13,061 nucleotides of DNA from a candidate division WOR-3 bacterium (GTDB lineage: Bacteria > Hydrothermota > Hydrothermia > LBFQ01 > DSFT01): positions 1 through 13,061 of the forward strand of contig CBFGJN010000054.1 in the NCBI GenBank assembly GCA_965649115.1. Reading direction: 5' to 3'. The notes beneath the pieces were generated by a model, which had not been told where the DNA came from, searched no databases, and was given only the letters and a program-made list of their open reading frames with translations. Positions within the stretch are counted from its first letter, which is position 1; every line of letters begins with the position of its first letter. Position numbers and translations under genes: made by a program. This document shows positions 7,010 through 13,061 of this stretch, piece by piece.

Positions 7010-8845
7010 TTAAAGGACTGTTATAACCTTTGCTATATTTCTCGGTTTATCAACATCACAACCTCTTAGATTAGCAATATGATATGCAAGCAATTGAAGT
7101 GGAACAATAGATACAATAGGTGTTAAAAATTCATCAATAATTGGAATTTCTATAACTTCTTCTGAAATTTCTCTCATTTTTTCATCATTTTCGCTTACAA
7201 TTGATATAATTTTTCCTCCCCTTGTGAATACTTCATTTGCATTTGAGAATGTTTTTTCATATACGCTTGTTTTAGGATTTATTATTACAACAGGCCAATT
7301 TTCATCAATTAAGGCAAGTGGTCCGTGTTTCATTTCACCAGCAGCATAACCTGTAGCATGAATATATGAAATTTCTTTTAATTTTAATGCACCTTCAAGC
7401 GCAGTAGGATAATTAATTCCCCTTCCTAAAAACATAAAGTGATTTGATTTATGAAATTTTTGAGCAATATATTGAATTTGAGCATCTTTATATAAAATAG
7501 CACTCAAAATGTAAGGTAATTTTCTAATTTCGTTAATATAATAGTCAATCGTCTTTTTATCAACATAACCTTTTAAATATCCAAGTTCTAACGCTAAAAA
7601 TAATAGAATTGTAATTTGTGCTGTGTAGGCTTTTGTTGAAGCAACGCCAATTTCAGGACCAGCATTAATATAAATTACATAATCACTTTCTCTTGCTATT
7701 GAACTATCTACAACATTTACAATTGATAAAACTTCAAGTCCTAATTTTTTAGCAAGCCTTAAACCTTCCAAGGTATCCATCGTTTCACCCGATTGACTAA
7801 TAGCCATTACAAGTGTTTTATCATCTACAATTCTATGAGAGAATTCAGAAGAATAATCTGCATCAACGGGTATTTTTGCAAAATTTTCAATTAAATATCT
7901 TCCTACAAGTCCAGCGTGTAGTGATGTTCCTGCCGCTTGGATGATAATTCTATTTTTATTCAAAAGCATTTTTCTTAAATTATGGTCTTTAAGAAGTAAA
8001 AACTCACCTTCCCTAATGTATTTATTTATATTTCTTTCAATAACATCAGGTTGTTCATAAATTTCCTTTAACATAAAGTGTGGATAGGGACCTTTTTCAG
8101 CCATTTGTGCATCCCATTCAATTTCTCTAATTTGTTTTTCCTTTACATTCCCATTAAAATCTATTATTTTATAACTATCTGCTTTCAAAATTGCTATCTC
8201 TTCGTTATCAAGAACGATAATTTTCTTTGTATGAGGCAATATCGCAGGAATATCAGATGAAAGGAACATTTCATTTTTTCCTATACCCACAATTAAAGGA
8301 GAATCTTTTCTAACACCAATAAGAATATCAGGATAGTCTAAATTTAATATAGCAAGAGCAAATGTCCCAACTAGACGACTAATAGTTTTTAAAACCGATT
8401 TTATATAATCATTTTCTTCTTTTAGATATTCTTCAATTAAGTGCGCTATTACTTCTGTATCTGTTTCAGATAAAAACTTATGTCCTTTATTTACTAATTC
8501 TTCTTTAAGTTCTAAGTAGTTTTCAATTATACCATTATGAACAACAGCAATTTTACCATTTGAATCTAAGTGAGGGTGAGCATTCTCATCAGAAACTTTT
8601 CCGTGTGTTGCCCATCTTGTATGACCAATACCTATTTTTGAAGGCGGTAAATTAATTTTTTCAAGTTCTTTTTTTAAATCAGAAATTCTACCTTTTTTCT
8701 TCAAAATAAAAAAATTATTTTTGTTATCAATAAGTGCAATTCCTGCTGAATCATATCCTCTATATTCTAATCTTTCAAGTCCTACAATAATTGTTGATTC
8801 TACATCTTTTTGACCTTTTCCTACATATCCGAAGATTCCACACAT
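7010..8845 (-). CDS. glmS: Glutamine--fructose-6-phosphate aminotransferase (isomerizing)
   Basis: MCGIFG (N-terminal nucleophile Cys), RLEYRGYDSAG, GHTRWATHG, HNGIIEN, SQSGET, GVASTKAYT, EGALKLKEISY, GEMKHGP, DKPRNIAK; 611 aa. Confidence 0.98.
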   Translation of the reverse strand: MCGIFGYVGKGQKDVESTIIVGLERLEYRGYDSAGIALIDNKNNFFILKKKGRISDLKKELEKINLPPSKIGIGHTRWATHGKVSDENAHPHLDSNGKIAVVHNGIIENYLELKEELVNKGHKFLSETDTEVIAHLIEEYLKEENDYIKSVLKTISRLVGTFALAILNLDYPDILIGVRKDSPLIVGIGKNEMFLSSDIPAILPHTKKIIVLDNEEIAILKADSYKIIDFNGNVKEKQIREIEWDAQMAEKGPYPHFMLKEIYEQPDVIERNINKYIREGEFLLLKDHNLRKMLLNKNRIIIQAAGTSLHAGLVGRYLIENFAKIPVDADYSSEFSHRIVDDKTLVMAISQSGETMDTLEGLRLAKKLGLEVLSIVNVVDSSIARESDYVIYINAGPEIGVASTKAYTAQITILLFLALELGYLKGYVDKKTIDYYINEIRKLPYILSAILYKDAQIQYIAQKFHKSNHFMFLGRGINYPTALEGALKLKEISYIHATGYAAGEMKHGPLALIDENWPVVIINPKTSVYEKTFSNANEVFTRGGKIISIVSENDEKMREISEEVIEIPIIDEFLTPIVSIVPLQLLAYHIANLRGCDVDKPRNIAKVITVL

Positions 8846-8849
8846 AATA

Positions 8850-8934
8850 TGCCGAGGGAGGGACTTGAACCCTCACTCCCACGAGGGGAAGCGGATTTTG
8901 AATCCGCCGCGTCTGCCAATTCCGCCACCCCGGC
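8850..8934 (-). tRNA. tRNA-Leu (anticodon CAA), CCA not encoded
   Basis: Minus strand GCCGGGG-TG-GCGGAATTGGCAGACGC-G-GCGGA-TTCAAAA-TCCGC-TTCCC-CTCGT-GGGAG-T-GAGGG-TTCAAGT-CCCTC-CCTCGGC-A: acceptor stem, anticodon loop TT-CAA-AA, long variable arm, T-loop, discriminator A; followed by TATT rather than CCA. Confidence 0.97.
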
Positions 8935-8950
8935 AAAGTAAAGTTTTTAA

Positions 8951-8989
8951 ATTTTAAAGCATTAGAGAATATATTTTTTTAAATGTCTA
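8951..8989 (-). promoter_or_regulatory. Promoter region for tRNA-Leu/glmS/hemW
   Basis: Minus strand TAGACA (8989-8984), N17, TCTAAT (8966-8961), then GCTT-TAAAAT (8956-8951), 16 nt before the mature tRNA 5' end. Confidence 0.55.
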
Positions 8990-8994
8990 TTTTT

Positions 8995-9032
8995 TTCTAA
9001 GGGGCTATTGATAGGCTTATTTCTGCGCGAGT
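8995..9032 (+). repeat. Intergenic repeat, degenerate copy D
   Basis: TTCTAA-GGGGCT resembles TTCTAATGGGGGGCT of copy C; AGGCTTATTT-CTGCGCGAGT aligns to AGGCTTATTTTCAGGGCGGGT of copy A (17/21 by eye). Confidence 0.45.
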
Positions 9033-9054
9033 AAAAGAAAGAAAAATAAATATC

Positions 9055-9063
9055 CTTTAAAAT
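9055..9063 (+). promoter_or_regulatory. -10 element (CTT-TAAAAT) for a probably leaderless metalloprotease transcript
   Basis: TAAAAT 9058-9063 lies 6 nt before ATG 9070; no SD. Confidence 0.6.
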
Positions 9064-9069
9064 TTTAAT

Positions 9070-10524
9070 ATGCTTTTTATAGCTTTAAATTTGGCAGTAT
9101 CTCAAAAGTGTTTAACACCTCAAATGATTGAAAACTTCCAAAAAGGAAACTTTCATATTTTGGCAAGACCAACACTAAGTGGTCCTGAACAAACAATTCA
9201 AACACTACATTTTATTATCCACTATACAACAAGTGGTTCAGATGCTGTAAGTCCGGCTTATGCTGAAAGTGTAGCTGTTTTTGCTGAATATTCTTGGCAA
9301 AAAGAAGTTAATGAATTTGGATGGTTTGCACCTCCTCCAGATTACAATCAAGGTGGAGATAATAGATATGATATTTATATTCAAAATCTTGGAAGTGGTG
9401 TTCTTGGATATACTGCACCTGAAAATAATTATGGGGGTTATGGAACGGAAGGTGCTACAAGCTATATTGTAATTGGAACTAATATAGATAGTTATTATGG
9501 AATTGGTGTTCTTAAAGTAACCGTTGCTCACGAATTTCATCATGCTATTCAATTTGCATATACTGCTAATGATGATGCTTTCTTTTATGAAAATACTTCA
9601 ACATGGATGGAAGATATGGTTTATGATGATGTTAATGATTACATAGGTTATCTTGGGATAAGTGGGCAAAGTCCATTGACTGTTCCACATTATAAGATAA
9701 ACACATTTCAAAATAGTGGTTTATATCAATATGCAGGAGCTTTATTTCCTTATTTTATATATGAGTACTTTTCAAATAATCAACAACCCATGAAAGATAT
9801 ATGGTATCAAATGGGAACAAACTCTGGAAATAATACTTTAAATGATATTTTTGATGTTCTTTTAAATAGCTATTCAAAACCACAAGACACAATTTTATCC
9901 TATTATGCTATTTGGAGATTCTTTACAGGAACAAGATGGAATGATGGAATTAACTATCGTTATAGTGAAGGAAACTTATATCCTACATCTTCTTTATTAA
10001 AAAATATAACTTCTTATCCTGTAATTGATAGTAATCAAAATCAACAAATTCAAAATCCAGGTGGAGCTAACTTCATAAGACTTTCAAGTTATAATGGTTC
10101 ATTAAGAATAGTTATTAAATTCAAGCAATGTTCAAATTGTGCGAAGGTTTATCTTTTAAGAATACCAGGGCCAGTTTTAAATGACATTACGGGAAATGGG
10201 GATTCAATTGATGTTAGTTTTAATTTTTCAGGTTATAGCTATTCAGCTATTATTGTTGTTTCAAAACAGCTTGGAGGCTCAAATATCATTTATAGATATA
10301 AAATTATGCCTACAAGTGAAATTGTTGAAAATATAAATGATAACTATAAAATTGTTGTTGAAAGAAGAAATGTTAAAGTCTTAACGAATGATAAAAATTA
10401 TGAATTTAAATTATTTGATTTAAGTGGAAAGCTTATTGAAAATAGAAATCTAAAAAGTGGTGCTTATTTCTACATTCTTAAAACAAAAGATAAGACTTAT
10501 AAAGGCAAAATTTTAATAAACTAA
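9070..10524 (+). CDS. Secreted zinc metalloprotease (MXAN_6640-like) with T9SS type-A-like C-terminal sorting domain
   Basis: HFIIHYTTSG.DA, PPPD...GGDNRYDIYI, LKVTVAHEFHHAIQFAY (HEXXH at 9529-9543), FYENTSTWMED (likely third ligand Glu); C-terminus FKLFDLSGKLI...LKSGAYFYILKT..TYKGKILIN resembles the Por secretion tail. Confidence 0.85.
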   Translation: MLFIALNLAVSQKCLTPQMIENFQKGNFHILARPTLSGPEQTIQTLHFIIHYTTSGSDAVSPAYAESVAVFAEYSWQKEVNEFGWFAPPPDYNQGGDNRYDIYIQNLGSGVLGYTAPENNYGGYGTEGATSYIVIGTNIDSYYGIGVLKVTVAHEFHHAIQFAYTANDDAFFYENTSTWMEDMVYDDVNDYIGYLGISGQSPLTVPHYKINTFQNSGLYQYAGALFPYFIYEYFSNNQQPMKDIWYQMGTNSGNNTLNDIFDVLLNSYSKPQDTILSYYAIWRFFTGTRWNDGINYRYSEGNLYPTSSLLKNITSYPVIDSNQNQQIQNPGGANFIRLSSYNGSLRIVIKFKQCSNCAKVYLLRIPGPVLNDITGNGDSIDVSFNFSGYSYSAIIVVSKQLGGSNIIYRYKIMPTSEIVENINDNYKIVVERRNVKVLTNDKNYEFKLFDLSGKLIENRNLKSGAYFYILKTKDKTYKGKILIN

Positions 10525-11129
10525 TGGCACCTGCTATAAAGTCATTTTCTGTTTTATTTATTTTAGAGGGGGGTTTTGCCCCCATTTATGAAGAATATCT
10601 TCTTTTGAAAAACGATAGAGCAATTATTAAAAATGGTTTAAATTTTTATGAAGTGAAAATTTTGGATAAAAGAATTTATAAATTAATTGAAAATTTATGT
10701 AAAAAAGAAAAATTTGATTTTGAGGAAACACCTCTTCCTACTGACTTACCAACGTTGGAAATTTTAATAAACAAACCTTGTAAAAAAGAAATTAAAATGT
10801 ACGGTGTTGGTTTTGGAAATAAAGAAGATAGAAAGCTCTTAAACGAAATATACAATCTAACGAGAAATTTAAAATTCAAAATAATTAAGGAAACGATCCC
10901 TAAAAAGCTTATTATTAACTACTACAAAATTGACAATTTTGAAAAACAAAATTATATTATTTTAGATGAATTTAACATCTCAAATGAAACGGGAACAATT
11001 GAAATTGAAGATAGTTCAAAAATTTCAAAAATTTTAAACAAACTAAAAAATTATAATGGAAGATTTATTTATTTTAAAAATGGTGAAAATTTTTATCAAG
11101 CAGTTTTACTATTCAAACTCTCGTTTTAA
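10524..11129 (+). CDS. Hypothetical protein, 201 aa (possible emfourin-like protease inhibitor domain)
   Basis: TAATG stop/start overlap with the protease gene; composition like neighbouring genes; EGGFAP and PTDLPTLEI motifs. Confidence 0.7.
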   Translation: MAPAIKSFSVLFILEGGFAPIYEEYLLLKNDRAIIKNGLNFYEVKILDKRIYKLIENLCKKEKFDFEETPLPTDLPTLEILINKPCKKEIKMYGVGFGNKEDRKLLNEIYNLTRNLKFKIIKETIPKKLIINYYKIDNFEKQNYIILDEFNISNETGTIEIEDSSKISKILNKLKNYNGRFIYFKNGENFYQAVLLFKLSF

Positions 11130-12089
11130 TGGTCTTTTAATTAGCATTTTTATACCTTCATTAACATCAATTTCAGAATTAAGAATTTTCTTTATGACTT
11201 TTACAATAGGCATTTCAATTTGTCTTTGTTTTGATATTTCATAAACAAAGAATGTTGTTCTTATCCCCTCTGCTACCATATTTTTCTCACTTAATTCTTT
11301 TAATATATCATTTAAATGATAACCAAGTCCAAGCTTATATCCCACAAAGTGATTTCTTGAATGTTCGGAAAATGATGTTGTTATTAAATCTCCAATACCA
11401 CTTAATCCTGAAAATGTTATTTTTCTTGCTCCAAAGCTAACTCCAAACTTTACCATCTCATTTAAAGCTCTCGTTAATAAGCTTGATTTCGCATTTAATC
11501 CAAGATTTAAAGCATCAATAATTCCACCTGCAATTGCATATATATTCTTTAATGAGCCTCCTATTTCTACACCTATTACATCATCCCATATATAGGGTCT
11601 AAAATAATCATTAAATAAACTTTCTTGAAAAACTTTAGCAATTTTTAAATCATAGCTTGCTATAATTGTAGCAGAAGGTTTCCTTTGTGCTATTTCTATT
11701 GCTATATTTGGACCTGAAATTAAAGCATAATTTTTATTTTGAAAAATTTCTTCAAATATCTCACTTTTAAATTTTAATTCTTCTGTAAAGCCTTTTGTGG
11801 CAATTAAAAACAATTTATTCTTAAAATTTTTTAATTTGGTTAAAGTTTCTAAAAATGCAAATGAAGGAACAGCTATAATAACAAAATCGCAGTTTTTAGC
11901 ATCATCTAAATTTAGTGTAAATTCAATATCTTTTGGAATTTCAATACCTTTTTCAAGTCTTTCAGTTTCAAGTTTTTTTAATTTTTCTTCACTTCTAATA
12001 AAAACGATAACCTTATGCTTATTTTCAGATAGAATTTTAGCAATTGTTAATCCCCAAGAACCTGAACCAACAATAAAAAATTTATGCAC
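11109..12089 (-). CDS. gpsA: NAD(P)H-dependent glycerol-3-phosphate dehydrogenase
   Basis: GSGSWG Rossmann motif, AVPS, ATKG, SGPNIAIEI, DVIGVEIGGSLKNIYAIAGG, GLSGIGDLITT..S.HSRN, VAEG; GTG start overlapping the dppA end by 8 nt. Confidence 0.97.
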   Translation of the reverse strand: MHKFFIVGSGSWGLTIAKILSENKHKVIVFIRSEEKLKKLETERLEKGIEIPKDIEFTLNLDDAKNCDFVIIAVPSFAFLETLTKLKNFKNKLFLIATKGFTEELKFKSEIFEEIFQNKNYALISGPNIAIEIAQRKPSATIIASYDLKIAKVFQESLFNDYFRPYIWDDVIGVEIGGSLKNIYAIAGGIIDALNLGLNAKSSLLTRALNEMVKFGVSFGARKITFSGLSGIGDLITTSFSEHSRNHFVGYKLGLGYHLNDILKELSEKNMVAEGIRTTFFVYEISKQRQIEMPIVKVIKKILNSEIDVNEGIKMLIKRPLKREFE

Positions 12090-12897
12090 TTCTTGCCAAA
12101 TTTATCATAACTCTTATGTACCTAAAAGCTCTTATAAAGTCATTTTCTCTAAAAAGGATTTTATTTCCATCAATTCTTTGGACAATTGGTAAAATTTCAA
12201 TAATATCTACCATTTCAGTTTTTCTAAATGTTATTTCAATTTCAAATTCTTTTGGAATATCAAGAGGTTTAATATCTTTCTTTAGCATATTTTCAATGGC
12301 TGTTGAATATCTTTTATAAACCTCATTAAAACCTATTAGTTTTACTGCACTTCTTGAAAGTGAATATTTCGTTATTACAAATTCAGTTTCTTTAAATAAA
12401 TCTCTACATTCTTCAATTAATCTATCATCGCCACTTATTAATCCCACGGGAACATTATAATAACTTGCAATTAAACCATTTATGTAAGCCTCATTTACTT
12501 TTCTTCCATTTATTTTTATTTCTGCTATTGAATAAGAGCTATATGTATGGTCAATAAATCCTCTTATTGAATTAGCACTTGAATGATAACCTATAAATAA
12601 AGCATATTTAAAGTCTGAATTTATTCCTTCCATCATAGAAAGCATCTTTGGAGAACCACTAATCAGCTCAATTTGATATTCTTCAAAATCTTTAATGCTC
12701 AAATTATCCATATTCCAATGAGCATCATTCACAACAATTTTTTTTATATTGTAATTTTTTAATATTTTCAGAATTGCTTCAAGTTCTCTTCTCATATAAA
12801 ATAAACCTTCTTCATATCTTTTATGATTTGGGTCAGTTTGATAAATTGAATTTATTCCACTTATACCTTCCATATCTATGGAAATATATATATTCAC
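12082..12897 (-). CDS. dppA: D-aminopeptidase, peptidase family M55 (B. subtilis DppA-like)
   Basis: IYISIDMEGISG, VVNDAHWNMDNL, MMEGI, FIGYHS, DHTYS, VPVGLISGDD; 271 aa; GTG start. Confidence 0.93.
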   Translation of the reverse strand: MNIYISIDMEGISGINSIYQTDPNHKRYEEGLFYMRRELEAILKILKNYNIKKIVVNDAHWNMDNLSIKDFEEYQIELISGSPKMLSMMEGINSDFKYALFIGYHSSANSIRGFIDHTYSSYSIAEIKINGRKVNEAYINGLIASYYNVPVGLISGDDRLIEECRDLFKETEFVITKYSLSRSAVKLIGFNEVYKRYSTAIENMLKKDIKPLDIPKEFEIEITFRKTEMVDIIEILPIVQRIDGNKILFRENDFIRAFRYIRVMINLARSA

Positions 12898-12906
12898 AGC
12901 TTGAAA

Positions 12907-12945
12907 ATTTTAAAGTATTTTAAGACACTAAAACTGTTTTGTCTA
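12907..12945 (-). promoter_or_regulatory. Sigma70-type promoter for dppA-gpsA with tandem -10 boxes
   Basis: Minus strand TAGACA (12945-12940), N17, TAAAAT (12922-12917), ACTT, TAAAAT (12912-12907); the second box is 9 nt before GTG 12897. Confidence 0.6.
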
Positions 12946-12979
12946 GTAATTCTAAAAATATAATTATTTCTATATTTTT

Positions 12980-13061
12980 CCCGCCCACCCTATATTTAAG
13001 CCTTCGGCTTATAAATTCCCATTCTTTTGCTTTGGGGGGCAGAGCCCCCCATTAGAACCCC
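12980..13061 (-). repeat. Intergenic hairpin repeat, copy C (most complete; may extend beyond the window)
   Basis: Minus strand GGGGTTCTAA-TGGGGGGC-TCT-GCCCCCCA (perfect 8-bp stem, 13033-13051)...TTTATAAGCC-GAA-GGCTTAAATATAGGGTGGGCGGG. Confidence 0.8.

Noticed and set aside
8846..9069. glmS ribozyme, or an integrated element at the tRNA 3' end
   Set aside because: The sequence upstream of glmS is the tRNA itself; no ribozyme core, duplicated tRNA 3' fragment or integrase is visible.
9238..9552. ORFs 9238-9552 (-), 9281-9472 (+) and 10676-10879 (-)
   Set aside because: Nested within longer, better-supported genes; no independent evidence.
10561..10584. GGGGGG-TTTTG-CCCCC hairpin inside the 201-aa ORF, resembling the repeat's first hairpin
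   Set aside because: Explained by the codons for E-G-G-F-A-P, and the other repeat modules are absent. A role as an attenuator after the protease gene cannot be excluded.
720..13014. Composite transposon or invertible segment bounded by the inverted 19-bp repeats
   Set aside because: The enclosed genes are housekeeping, no recombinase or transposase is present, and further copies exist; a dispersed repeat family explains it better.

Overview
AT-rich, densely packed bacterial chromosomal segment made mostly of housekeeping genes. + strand: a probably disrupted exported protein gene at the left edge, then ppsA, a TPR protein (SprE/PorW-like N-terminus) and an N-acetylmuramoyl-L-alanine amidase. 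- strand: tRNA-Leu(CAA), glmS and hemW. + strand: a secreted HEXXH metalloprotease with a T9SS-type C-terminal sorting signal, followed by a coupled 201-aa hypothetical protein. - strand: dppA (peptidase M55) and gpsA. The T9SS-type tail, very short signal peptides and lack of Shine-Dalgarno sites suggest an FCB-superphylum organism, possibly WOR-3-like (inference only). No transposase, integrase, CRISPR array or phage gene is visible. The unusual signals are: (1) glmS starts only 4 nt after the discriminator base of a CCA-less tRNA, suggesting tRNA-punctuation processing; (2) a CTTTAAAAT -10 element sits just upstream of each transcription unit, giving leaderless or near-leaderless first genes, with downstream genes abutting or overlapping; (3) a modular hairpin repeat family (G-run/C-run hairpin, TAAGCC-GAA-GGCTTA, GGGYGGG) occurs in all three large intergenic regions, oriented toward a gene start; (4) the amidase carries a second, apparently dead amidase-like domain; (5) a candidate protease/emfourin-like inhibitor pair.
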